A DNA stretch of 64,000 bases from Hyaloraphidium curvatum SAG 235-1 (Eukaryota; Fungi; Monoblepharomycota). The position numbers and the translations under genes were made by a program. Location of the stretch: positions 434,001-498,000 of the forward strand of contig JAIVFI010000037.1 in assembly GCA_025558095.1 (NCBI GenBank), in the 5' to 3' direction. The notes under the pieces are model-generated. The model had not been told where the DNA came from and did not search any database. It worked only from the letters and a program-made list of their open reading frames with translations. Positions 1-12,325 of this stretch are shown in pieces (the stretch's first letter is position 1; every line of letters starts with the position of its first letter).

Positions 1-42
1 CCTGCGCTCTCCCGATCACGGGCGTGGCGGCGGGTGGGGTCG

Positions 43-591
43 CTAAGCGCGCGCGGCGGCGTTGAGCAAGTCACGGAGCGATCGGCGGGTGCGAGCACGA
101 GCGAAGAAGCCGAGGAGTGCAGCGCCTGCGGGGATCTGACGCCACAGGCGATCGTGGGCGCGCAGGATAAGAGCAACAGGGTAGGAGCTTGCCACAACGT
201 AGTGCTTGGCGTAGCGGACGAGCGCAGCAACGAGGTCGTCGCGACGCGTTGAGCGATGGTGGATCGCGAGGAACCGAGCTATTACCACGTGGAGGAAAAG
301 CGAGTGGGGGTATGGGTTGTCGAAATCCGGCAGAGCGTTGACTGGGAAGGCAAAGAGGTCGCGCTTGTTGAAGTGCCGTGAGTGGACCCGGAGGTCAGGC
401 GCAATCCACACCGTGCAGTCCAGGTAGTTCGAGAGGACGTCGGAAGAGTTGCTGCGCTCGAGGTCGAGGCCGATTTCGCGGAAGTACGGCGCGACGATAG
501 CCATGAAGTCATCGCGGCGGAAGCCGAAGACGTTGATGTCATCCATGAGGCGCTTCCAGGCGTGCGAGAGGCGGGGAAAGGAGCCGAACAT
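43..591 (-). mobile_element. 5'-truncated Penelope-like retroelement reverse transcriptase (palm end and thumb)
   Basis: Translation shows RT motif WKRLMDDI (YxDD-like), then YLDCTVWI and KRDLFAFPVNALPDFDNPYPHSLFLHVVIARF, resembling the PLE thumb consensus (KRDDFxFPIVNFP..SNIP); upstream RT motifs are absent. Confidence 0.7.
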
Positions 592-878
592 CGGGGAACT
601 TCTTCGGCATCGGCAAAGCCGCCCATTTTCTGATAGTGCGCGCTAAGCAGGCGTTCAACGCCGTTTAACGCTTGAACGGTCAGTGAAGCCTCTGTGGATG
701 TGGAGACTGTCTCACCTTCGCCGCCGGCGCACCTGTACAGATCATCGAGGGGCGCCGTAGGGAAGTCGAGATGAGTGCTGTGGAGTGAGTTCGGATTCGT
801 GTTCCTAGACCATGCCTTGAAGCGGCCATATCAACATTCAATATCGATCGTGGTGAAAAGTGCAAAAGAATGTTACAA

Positions 879-1810
879 TCAAAGCTCAGAAGACGAATCC
901 GACCCCTCGGTATCGTCCCTCCCGCCCAGCTCCCCCCTCCTCTGCCTCGTCCTCGGCCCCTCCCCCGCAACCCACGCAAACAGCCCCGGGAACTTGCCCT
1001 TAAAATGCCCCACGAACCCCCCGGCCTCCTCCCGCGGGATCATCTTCCCCTCCTCGCCCATCCAAGCCCTTCCGGCGCGCTGGTTCCACTCCCGCGCCAC
1101 GTGCACCACCGCCAGCCTGCTGGGCTGGCCCGTTTCGACGATGCGCCGGGCGTTGGCGAGCGAGCGTGGGGCGGGGGGGTGGGAGAAGTGCGAGGCGAGG
1201 GAGGCGTCGAGCGCCTCGAGGGGGTCGATCGATTCGTCCGAGGTGGGGGAGGGGGGGAGGGAGTGCGTGGAGAGGGGAGTGGAGGAGGAGGTGGTGCTTG
1301 AGGGGGTCGAGTTGCGGCGGCGGGCGGGGCGGGGAGGGGGCTTTTGGATGGGGAGGGCGGACTGGTGGGGAACGGGGATCGGTGACGCATCCTGGCGGGA
1401 AGCCGGCTCGGGGACTCACCTTCTTGGCCTTTCCGAGGCCAATCGGAGGTGCACTATTGGTTTTCTTGGCGGGTGTCGCACGTCGCTTCGTCACCTTGGG
1501 TGCCGGCGGCGTCTTCTTTGCCGCCGGACCAGGCCGTTTAGACGTGGCGACGGTCGGCCCTTCGTCCTTCCACTCCTTCCCCTTCCTCGCAGCAGCGGCC
1601 GGCGCGTCCGACTTGGCCGCCTTCGCGAGCACCCGCCGCGCCTCCTCCTCGGCGAGCTGCGTGAGCACCTCCAGCTCCGACGGGGCAAGGTTCGCGTATC
1701 CTCCCTCGAGCACGAAGCGCGCGAAGCGGTGCGTGTCGATGCTGCGGAACTTGAAATTAGGGTTGTCGGAGGTGGACTACAAGCGAAACGTACATCTGCT
1801 GGCCGTTCAT
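879..1810 (-). CDS. Hypothetical Lys/Pro/Ser-rich protein, 2 introns
   Basis: MNGQQI|IDTHRFARFVLEGGYANL joined across a GTACGT..CTAAT..CAG intron; second intron begins GTGAGT at ~1420; stop at 879. Confidence 0.55.
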
Positions 1811-2252
1811 GGCGCGGGGAACGTAGCGTGGGAATCGATTCGCAGCATGCGGATCGGTGACGGAGCGATCGGTGATTCCTCTTCCATCATCTCCTCGCGG
1901 AAAGCGGCCGCCCCCGAACGCGAACCAGAGCTGTTCTAAGCAAATTCGAGCAATTCGCGCCGCGATTTCTTTCCATTCAGCATGCCCGACGATGCAGTTG
2001 TGGTCTCGGGAGACATCGGACTCCGATCGACTTGTCCACGCGAGTCCTCGGGGAGCGGGGAGCAGAAAGGTCCTAGACGGTCAGTTTCAGCAAATCCATT
2101 TGGCCATCCATGATAGCCTTCCGATCCAGCGAGGTTTCCCGAATGGGGCTGAGCACGCGCGTGGCTCGCACGGAGTTCTCGCGGTTCGGCGGTTGGCCTC
2201 CAGCCGCGATAACACCACCCGCATCGCGCCCCCCACCCGCTCCTCCGCCGCG

Positions 2253-4128
2253 ATGGGCCTCAACGAGTTTTGGGACAAGATGCTGAAGAAGCACGGCGCC
2301 AAGGCCGCGGCGTCCAAGGAGACGGGCGCCGACAAGCTGAAGGACTACAAGTTCGAGAAGGTGCGGCCGCCGCGCTGCCTCCGCGCCCCGCTGACGCCGC
2401 GGCAGCTCCTCGGCAGCGGCACGTACGGCGAGGTGATGCTCGCGACGCACGCGCCGTCGCGGACCAAGTAGTGCGTGCGGCCGGCGGCCCGGATGGACCC
2501 CTTTTGACGCGTCCCCCAACAGCGCGGTGAAGATCCTCAAGAAGGCCTTCCTGGAGAAGCACAAGAAGACCGCGATGACGGCGCGCGAGACGGCCATCCT
2601 GAAGCTCACGCAGCACCCCAACATCGTGCGGCTTCACGACACGTTCGAGGACAAGGACAGGTTCTACATGGTGTTCGAGCTGGCGTCCGGGGGCGAGCTG
2701 TTCGACCGGATCGTGGCCAAGGGCAAGTTCACGGAGCGGGACGCGGCCGTGATCATGGCCACGATCATCAACGCGGTCGTGTACCTCCACGGTGGGGCCC
2801 TGCGGACGTTCGGAGTCCCCCGCCTTCCTGACGCGCCCCAGACCCGCCCAACGAGATCATCCACCGCGACCTCAAGCCCGAGAACCTAGTGTTTGCCGAC
2901 GGGTCCAAGGACGCGCCGCTCAAGCTCGTCGATTTCGGCATCGCGAGGGTGCTCGACAGCTCGGACGACATGCTGACGACCGTCATCGGCAGCCCGGGGT
3001 ACACGGCCCCGGAGATCCTCCGGAGGGTGCCCTACGGCAAGGCCGTGGACGTCTATTCGTGCGGCGTCATCGCGTACACCCTGCTTTGCGGATGTGGGTC
3101 GCCGAAAGGGCGCTGATCGCCTCACGACCGGCTTCTGATCCCGCCTCCCCGCCGCAGACGGCCCGTTCCAGGAGTCCAAAAACATGACCGAGATGATGGA
3201 ACGCATCCTCCGGGGCAAGTACAAGTTCGACTCGCCGTGGTGGGACCCCGTCTCCTCCCTCGCCCGGGACTTTGTCATGCGCCTCATGGAGGTGGACCCC
3301 GAGAAGCGGCTCACGGCGCGGCAGTGCCTGCACCACAAATGGCTCACCGACAACTGCCCGCCCGGGTACGTGGATCACTTGCGGCAGCTCAACCGGCGCG
3401 TGCTCCGCGCGGAGTTTGCCGCGCTCGGGCTGGAGATGCCATCGGACGTGCGGACGCTGCCGAGGAGGATATCGGTGAGGCCGGACCATCCGCTGGCGTC
3501 GCTGGCGAAGTTGCCGCCCCGCGGGTCGGCGGACATCCCGCTGGGCACGTCCCCGGCGACGACGGGGTCCGCGGGCAGGCCGGCGCCCAAGATCCCCGAA
3601 CCGACGACGGTGCAGAGCAAGGAGGAGCAGGAGCTGCAGCAAGCGGCCGACGCGGCCAAGGGCAAGGCGGGCGAGGTCGAGCTCAAGGTTTCCGACTCTA
3701 GCGGCGGCGAGGTGCCTGTGATCCCGGCACCGGTAGGGACCGGCCCGACCGAGGTGGTCTCGGACGATTCGGACGACGACGGGTACCCGACCGACAGCCC
3801 CATCGGGCACGAGATCGAGGTCAACGAGGACGACCCGATGGACAGGGCGCTGGCCGCCGCGCTGGTGGACGACGGCGAGGAGGGCCCGTACGACCCCGCC
3901 TTTTCAATGGGCGTGCTCGACATCGCGGACGGACGGCAGCACCCCGAATCCGGGGCCGGGCCGAACCTGCTGGGGGACAAGTCGGCGACGGCGCTGGTCG
4001 AGGCGCTCAACAAGAGGAGGGCGTCGCAGGTGCCGGTCGACCTGCTGGACGCGGCGATGAGGGCCAAGCTGGGGCTGGGGGAGGCGGCGCCCGAGGCTGC
4101 GGCGGCGACGGCGAGCAGGGCAGAGTGA
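2253..4128 (+). CDS. Ca2+/calmodulin-dependent protein kinase (CaMK1/Cmk-like) with acidic C-terminal tail, 4 introns
   Basis: GSGTYG, AVK, ELASGGELFDRI, HRDLKPEN, DFG, GSPGYTAPE and DVYSCGV motifs across GT-AG introns. Confidence 0.92.
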
Positions 4129-4587
4129 TGCATGCCCGGAGGGGAGGAACGGGGAACTTGGTGGACGGGTGGCCAAGTGCGTATTGGTGATGTAGTGTCG
4201 TGTTGGAGTCGGCCGAATCGGCGGCCCGGGTAATCCTATTCTGATACCGATCCCGCTCTCTAGACTGTGTATTTCGTTCTGTGCCTGGCTCAGTGTCTCT
4301 CTTGATTGAGTGGCAGGCCGTCTAGGATAGCGGAGTGGAAGGAGTGTCTGGAAGAGCGATTCGGCGGCTGCAGAAGGTATCCGCTTTCCCGTCTAGTCCA
4401 GCCGCGATGCCCCGTGAGCGATACTATCTCTGGAAATCACTTCTGACCAGGGTATCGAGTCCCACAAATGGGGAAGCTGTCGGGGGCGTTGCGAGGGGAT
4501 CGGAGCGGAGGGCGCACCAGCCCGTCGCCGCAGTCAACGACGAAAAGTGTGACTTCGGAGGCCTCTCCACGGACCTTGAAAACAGCG

Positions 4588-6425
4588 ATGCGGCGCCGTA
4601 CTCCCGCGATCGGCGCAATCGCGCTCCTGGCTGCCGGGATCCTGCTCCCGGCTGCGTCTGCGCTCCCTGCCGAGCGCCAGGCGGACCCGGCCAGCCTCCC
4701 GGTTTCCAGCGAGGGCGCCTGCGGGGCCGCGGCGGGCTTCCGGTGCGCGGCCGGGTTCTGTTGCTCAGCAGGCGGGTTTTGTGGCACGGGCGGCACCTGG
4801 TGTGGTGCGGGATGTCAGCCGGCGTTCGGCACCTGCGGGGGCGCCGTCCTGACGGTGGTCTCGGCGACGCCGACCGGCCCCGCGCAGCCGACGGCCACCC
4901 TCCCGCCGCCGCAGAACCCGTCGGACGACCTCTTCGCTCCGCTGAGGAAAATTCTGGAGGTGCTGGGCATCCTCGGCATCTCGGTGCCGGCAAACCTCCC
5001 GCCGGCGCTGTCGGCCATTACTCCGGCCGCCACCACCGCCGTCGCGGCCGCCACCACCCCGGCGCGGCCGGTGCAGACGGTCGCCCCCGTCCCGCAGCCC
5101 GCGCTGCCAAAGAACCCGGCCACGCCGCTGGTCAGCTGGATCACCGAGGAGCTATGGGACCGGATCTTCCCCTACGCGGCGGCCTCGACCATCTGGTCCA
5201 CCGACGGCAGGCCGTTCTACACCCGCGAGGCGTTCCTGGCCGCCGTGGACTACATGCAGGCGCACCCCAACGCGTCCCTGCACGGCTTCGGCACCGCCTC
5301 GGACGACCTGACCAACCGCATCGAGGTGGCCGCCTTCCTGGCCTCGGCGGTGCAGGAAACTGGCGACCCGAGCCTGGTCATCCCCTACCCCTGGGCCTCC
5401 TCCACCCCGCCCGCTGCGAAGGAGGGACCCGAGTTCAACAGCCAGGGCGCCGGTGGCCTGCTCTCCCTGATGGAGGGCCTCGCGCAGCAGGTCATGCTGG
5501 TCGACACCCCCTCGTCGCCCGCACCGTTCGCGGGCGCGCTGTCCGTCGTCGCGCCCCTCACCGACCGCCAAGTTTCCCTCATCGGAACCGGCCAGCGCGC
5601 CATCGCCGTCACGGTCAACAGCCTGGCCAACTCCAACCAGGCGGCCTTTGGGCTCGGCGGGGGTACCAACACCGGCGTCATCTGGCAGCCCGGGCTGGCG
5701 GCCGTGTCGGACGACGGCACGCTGTACGGCGACGGGGTGCCGGCCGCGGGGGTGCTGCCGTCGGCGCAGGCCACGGGGAGCGACAGGAAGACGGCGTGCT
5801 ACGGTACCTACTGCCAGGTGATTCCTACTCGTGCTGGATGCCTTGAGATCCAAGCTGACATTCTTATTGTCTCCAGTATGGTGGAAGGGGCGTGCAGCAG
5901 CTCAGCTACAACTTCAACTACAACCCCTGCTCCCTCGACCTCTTCGGCGACCTGCGCCTCGTCCGCTACCCCAACCTCATCATCTCCGAGGACCGCACCA
6001 ACCACCACGGCCACCCCGCGACCTTCGGCTTCCCCGGCCCGAACCCCGGCGGCAACAACCAGCTCCCCGCCGACATCGCCTCGACGACCCCCGAGGCCCG
6101 CGTGCTCTCGTGGGCCACCTCGCTGTGGTTCTGGATGGCGGCGACCAGCGGGAGGGGGATGACGTCGCACGCGGCCATGATGAAGCCCTTCGGTGCGTAG
6201 CACTTTTCGCACCCGGACCGCTCACACGCGACTTACCATCGGGTCCCCGGCGCAGAATACGGCATCACCTCCGCAAACGTCATCGTCAACCGACAGGACG
6301 GCTGCAACGGCGGCTGGGCGGCGTCCAAGAACGCCTACTACCGCCGCATCTCGGCCATTATGGGGATCGACGCCGCCGTGACCGAGTCGTCGATCGTGTG
6401 CCCGGGGAAGTTGACGACGCGGTGA
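4588..6425 (+). CDS. Secreted CBM18 + GH19 chitinase-like protein, 2 introns
   Basis: Signal peptide; hevein/CBM18 CG..C..CCS..GFCG..CG.GCQ..FG.C; GH19 motifs FYTREAFLAA, EVAAFLASAVQETG, YGGRGVQQLSYNFNY, TSLWFWM, YGITSANVIVN. Confidence 0.85.
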
Positions 6426-6525
6426 GGGGCTGGACGGCGCGGGACCGGTCGGGGCAAGATGATTGGAGAGGCTGTGAGGCCATGGCCAAAAGGAAGGCAA
6501 CAATACCTGCGGTTGCTACACCCTG

Positions 6526-9500
6526 CTACTTATCATAGAATTTCTTGGGCCACCCAGCAAATGCGGACTTGTCGTAGGCGCCGTCGGTCCACCCCGTACC
6601 CCTCATCATGCATCCCGAAATGAAGCATGCACCGCCGAACCTGGTGAAGCCCATGGCTTCAATTCGGGTTGCCAGGGCGGCGACCGCCGAGCTGTACCAG
6701 TTCATGACCTGCACACATGCGTAAGCCAGCTAGCTGGACGAAGCGGCGGAGAAGGCGAGTGCGATCTACCTGGCACTGGACCTGTCCCCCATTGTTGTTG
6801 CGCGACAGGCAGGCCGCCTTGCACATGTCGTACGTGGGCATGTTGCCGAGGTATTGCTTGACGCATTTACAGCCCCTGCAGACCTGGGCTTTGCCGAAAT
6901 CGCTGGGGCTCCAGAAATCTCCGAGGAAGTAGCTGATCCTGTACGGGTCACCGTCCGGCTTCGTGTCCCCGGCATTAATGCGGATCCAATCGTCCCTGTA
7001 GTTCTTGTATCCGGAAAAGAGCCCGTCCTGCGACTGGACCAAAAGACCCCACATGCCTGGATTCTCGGCCGTCCACATGAAGGCGGACCGCCCGTGGCAG
7101 TACGTTCTCCTGGGATGCGCATGAGCAAAGAACCAGCACCACAATCGCTGCGACCCACCATTCCGCAGCCGAAGACTGCGGTGATTCCCAAATGTATGCC
7201 CAGCAAGCCTGATCCGCCTCGCACAGGGCCCGGCAGTCGTCCTCGGACGCCTGCTTGCCGTACTGTCCCCGAACCGCTGAGCATCGACCGCACTAAAGGC
7301 TCCCGCGGCGAGGGAACCCACGTTGTACAATCCGTCCACCCCATCCCACTTAACCATGTCGTTGGGCTTTACCGCGCCGCCGTAGCGCATGTTCCACCCC
7401 GGCATCGGCGTCCACCCGTCGAACCCGAGGGCGGCGGCGATCGGCGGCCGGGTGGCCTCGTACTTTGCCTGCCAGCTTTCCACCGCCTTGCGCAGGTCGT
7501 CGGGCAGCAGCTGGTGCACCGGGACGAAGTTGCTCATGGCGACGACGGCCCAGTTGCCGACGCCCTGGTCCACGCTGCGCTTCCACTCCTCGAACGGGGA
7601 GGTGTCTCCCGAGGCCGAGATGCCGCCCGAGACCAGGGAGGTCTTGCCGCCGTACGCGGTCCAGGAGGACGACTGCGTGAAGCTCGAGGAGCCGCTGGAG
7701 GAGCTTTCGCTCTTGCCCCGGCCGGCGCTCACGCCGCCGCCCGCGTTGCCGAACTTGGCCTCGACTTCCACCTTGATCTGGCTCGAGGTTTCCTGCGCAC
7801 GGGAGCATCGCTTTAGGGTCTCACAAGGACGTTGAGTGACGCAACGGCTCTCACCCGCGAGTTGGAGGCAGCCTGGGTCGACAGCGCGAACGACGACGTG
7901 AGCCTCCCCCCGAGCACGATGCGCTTAGGATAGACGTGGCCCCAAGACTCCAGCATCCCGAAGTACATCTCGTACTTGCGTTCGTCCGACTCGATGGCAG
8001 CAGCGATCTTGCCCACCCCCGCGATAAAGTCCGGGTTGGTCCTAAACGGGAACCCGATCCTGTCCCTGTCGATCTCCACCGTCGCCCTCTGAAGCAAAAA
8101 GTTGGCCACGGCCCTCGTGGAGCTGCTCGAGGACTGCGAGCTGCTCTTCTGCTCCTTGCGCACGCCGACGCTGGCGCTGGCGAACCCGTAGCTTGCGCTG
8201 ACCTTGACGTCCGTGAAGCCGGCCTGCGCGTTGGCCTCTTCCTCCTCGGAAAAGGTGACCAGGACGCTGGCCGTGGACATCTTGCCGGGGTTGAAGTCCG
8301 GCACGGGGAAGGCGCCGGCCTTGATCGGGACGAACAGCGCGCGCGCGGGGCCGATCGTGGGGTTCGGAGGGCGCTTGGTCATCACATATCTGCCGTTCCG
8401 CGGATGAACGAGGCGGCGGCGAAGGGAGGCCCGGGGGATGCTCACCCGTTGAATAGCGCAACGCGGTCCACCACGCGCTTCCACTGCGCCGGGCACAGGT
8501 CCGCGGCATCCATGGGCTCGTCGACGCACTCCGCGGCGGGCTGCTTGGGCCTCCCGTCCGGGTCATCCTGCTCCTTGGGCGGCGCATTCTGCGCGGGCTC
8601 GGGTTCCGCCCGCGGGGGCGGCGCCAGCAGCTTCGCCCCGTACCACTCGGGCATGGGCACAGGGACCAGGTCCCCGATCCGCACGTCGTTGGCGCGGCGC
8701 CGATCTTGATCAAGGAGGACGATCCCGAGGAACCGCCCGTACTCCTTCTCCTCCAGCTGCACCTCGAAGCGCCACAGGTGCGGCGACGCCGCGGTGCCGG
8801 GCTGCCCGCCGCAGGAGCGGTACACCTCCTCGTCCGCGGGGCCGAGGGAAGCCCTAATCGTTCTGATCTGGCGCGGCTCCGTGCCCAGCGTGCTGGAGTA
8901 CGAGACCAGTGCGGCGGCGAGGTCCCCCGGCGGGGAGCCCTTGACGCAGCCCCATCCGAAAAAGGTGGCCCGTGCGACTTCCTGATCCGGGGCTGCCAAC
9001 GGGGCCGGGGTAATTGCATCGGTCTTGCCCTCGGCGTCGCCGGCCGGCGTGATTGCATTGCTCTGGGACGCCGGCGGCGTGATTGCTGCATTGCTCTGGG
9101 CCTGTTTGATCGGGTCCACGATCGCCTTTTGCAGGATTGCATCATCATCGCGGGGTCGAAGCAGGCGACGCGCACGTACCGTGCTGAGAAATTGGGCAGC
9201 CTTCTTCCAAACATCTTTGTAAAGCCTCCGCCCCAACCTTCTCCTCCCCGCCGACACGCTCGCCTTCTCGACCACCCCCATCGGCAGACCCCATGTGATG
9301 TCCAGCACCTCCCCCGACCCCTCCCCGCTGTACCCGTCCATCTTGAGCATCGCCCTCCTTCCCGACCTGACGGCCGCCAGATCGTTGAGCCTCGGATCCA
9401 GGACGAACGCGGAGAACGCCGCCCTGCCGTCCTTGCCGCCCGCCAGCAGCTTCCTCGACGCCTGGCCGTCCAGCGTGACGGAGAACCACGCCGCCGCGTC

Positions 9501-11357
9501 CCGGTTCCTGCACCGCCGGAGCATCTCCCCCTCGAACCCCGGCTGCGTCGCCGCCGAGGTCACCCCCGCCGCGAGCAGCGTGTCCGGGGCCGCGGACCGC
9601 TGCACCCACACCGTGACGGGGGACGAGGAGCCCCCCATGCAGGCCCATCCGCGGATGTTTATGGTGCCGGCCTCGTTGGAGGCGCCGGTGATGCGGCCGG
9701 AGAGGGAGGGGGCGAGCTGTTCGAGGTCGACGAGGGCGTCGATCGACTCGGAGGGCATGGTGGGGGGAGGCGAGCGCATGCAGCGGTACCATATGCGGAG
9801 GTAGGGAGGGGCGCCGGCGGGACATGCCGCGGGCGGATGGGTGCCGAGGAGGGAGGATGGGGTGCCGGAGATGCGGCAGGCGCGCTTGCGGTGGCAGGCG
9901 GCCTGCAGGGAGGAGAGAGCGTTCTTGTCGGTGCCGCACGGAACGGTGGTGTTTCCGGCGGCGGGGCAGAGGTGCGCTGTGGATGGGTGCCGCCCGAGCG
10001 TGGCGCGGTCGATCGAGAGGAGGAGGGAGGGGGAGGTGCACTCGAGCGAGATCTTGAAGCGGCCGCGGCGGTCGGGGCAGACGGTGGCCACGCGCACGTC
10101 GTCGCCCGCCGGGCGCTTGGGAGGCGATGCGGCGCAGGTGTAGGTCACGCCCAGGTAGGCGTGCGTGCCGCGGCAGGTGGGGCTCGAGGGAACCAGCTCG
10201 CGGATGCCTGCGCCGCAGGTCGGGGCGCCCCAGCAGGCCGCGCGCACGCGGACGCCGATGGTGTCGCGCTCGTCGGGGCCGATGACGCACGAGGGCTTGA
10301 GGGTGATGGGGATGGCCGCGAGGTTGCGAAGGGCCGAAAAATCGGCCGTCGAGGCTGACGTGGTGGATCCCTCGTCGTCGTCGTCTCCGCCATCTGGGTC
10401 ATCCACCTCATCCTCTCCTTCTTCTTCGTCCCCGCCTTCCTCGTTGTCGGCAGCATCCTCCTCTTCCTCGTCTTCTTCCGGAGGCGGCGGCGGCGGCGGA
10501 GGCCGGCGAGGTTTGGTCCGCTTGCCGAGACGGACTTTCCGCCTCTCGTCCGAATCATCATCGCCCTCCTCGTCATCGCCATCTTCCCCGGGCCCCTCGT
10601 CCTCGGGCGCCGCGCCGCCGCACTTGTCCGCCATCTCGCTGTTCCCGTACTCGATCCCCGTGACCACGATCACCCCCCTGCGGCAGCCCAGCGCGAGGTA
10701 CCCCGTGTCCGAGCACGTGACCGAGGCGAAGGCCTGCTCTTTCTTCCTGCCCGCCTGGGCAGCGGGAAAGACAAGGGAGGGCGAGAGCAGGACGGGCTTC
10801 CCGCTCGCGTCGTCGTCGTCGTCGTCCTCCCCGTCGTCGTCCGGCTCGTTCAGCCCGGCGAGCTCCTCCTTGGTGGGCACGTACGCGGCAAGCGGCCTGC
10901 GATCCGCCGCAGAGGGGCGTTGGGGAGCGTCGTCGAAATCCTCCCCGCCGTCCTCGGCCTCATCCGGCCCCTCCTCCTCCGAGTCCCCGCCGTCGCCGCC
11001 GCCACCAAACTGCTCTTCTTCCGGGAAGCCCCGAGACCCGCCTTGGGCCCTCCCCGCCGTGCCCGTCCCGCGGGACGCGGCCACCGCCCCGAACTCGAAG
11101 CCGCCCGCGTCGGCCCCCGCGCCGCGCCGCCCTCCCGCCCCCGCGGTCTTTTTCGGCGGCGGCTTCGAGGACACCGCCTTGTTGTTCGTGGCCTGCTTCG
11201 GCCCGCCCGAGGGCGCGCCCTTGGACACCGCGCCGCCGGACCGCGAACCGCCGCCGGCGGAGGCGCCGCCGCGCGGGCGGCCGCTGGGCCGGGCGGACAC
11301 CGCCAGGGAGAGCAGCAGCACCAAAACTAGCGCGAGCGTGGCCGCGGACGCGCGCAT
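6526..11357 (-). CDS. Large secreted multidomain protein: 2x SUEL (Gal/rhamnose) lectin, 2x 'GWAC' Ig-like domain, MACPF, Cys-rich C-terminus; several introns
   Basis: Signal peptide MRASAATLALVLVLLLSLAVSA; SUEL Cys patterns ending YLGVTYTC and YLRIWYRC; MACPF signature WGHVYPKRIVLGG and W..SV....NW.VV...FVPVHQLL; exons joined by GT-AG introns. Confidence 0.8.
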
Positions 11358-12325
11358 CGCGGATTCAGGCCGGGTCCGGAGGCGGCGGGCGGGCGTTCGA
11401 CGGGTGCTGATGGACGTTCCCGCCGATGGCTGATCAGCCGGGTAAGCCGTGCGGAGGCTCCGCGACCACACAGTGCGGCGCGGACAGCGTCCCGCGCGAG
11501 GCACTTAAATCAGCTTGTTGGGGCTCCGGCTTCGGCGGGGTGCCGGTATCGCATTGTCTAGATGGGACGTGGCAAAGCTGTCGATGCGTGACGGGTCGGG
11601 TCGAAAAGAGGTAGGCTCAAAAGAATCAAGGGCTACCGATTAGGCCCGGATGTCGCAGCGGTCATTCGAGCCGTATCGGAACCCGGGTCGGAGCACCGTG
11701 GACGGACGGCGACAAGTTCATGGGATGGGGAAACCGAATGCAGGTGGTGACCCCCATCCCCGCTCCGGCAGCGGAATGCGGCCCCAGGCATCGACCCTGC
11801 GATCTCTCGTGAACGATGGGCCAGCTGGGAACGATGCGCCCGACCGGTTTCATGGAACACATCCCGCAAGGACCGCGCAACGATTGCCGTGCGGCCCCGC
11901 GGGCGAGGGACGACCCAGGAAACTTGCCCCACCCAACCGGCCCTCACGGCGACCCGCATCATTCCCGGAGAGAGCAATGGCGACAACGCTGAGGAGTTCC
12001 ATGGAACCGCAATGCCCGACCATGAGCAAGCGTGCTGTGCGGGCCCAGGCGCGAGGGACCATCCGCGTATTTCCGCGCTCCCGTCCCCTTCCTCCACCTC
12101 CCCGACCCGCCAAACGCCGGCCCCTCGTCCGCGATTCCTCCGACGTCCCGCCTGTCCGCCGCGGCGCCCCGTTTCCCGGTGCGCCCCGCCGCGAGACCCC
12201 TTCACGTGCGCGACGTCACCGCGCCTGGCTGGCCTCGGAATTCCACCGTCGAACGGTCCCATCCGGGAACCCCCGCGGCTTCCGTCACGCACCGACGACA
12301 CCCCCGACATCGCTGCACGAAGAAG

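Noticed and set aside
652-678. Small inverted repeat CGTTCAA...TTGAACG next to the RT remnant
   Set aside because: Only a 7-bp stem, with no hammerhead core (CTGANGA...GAAA) around it.
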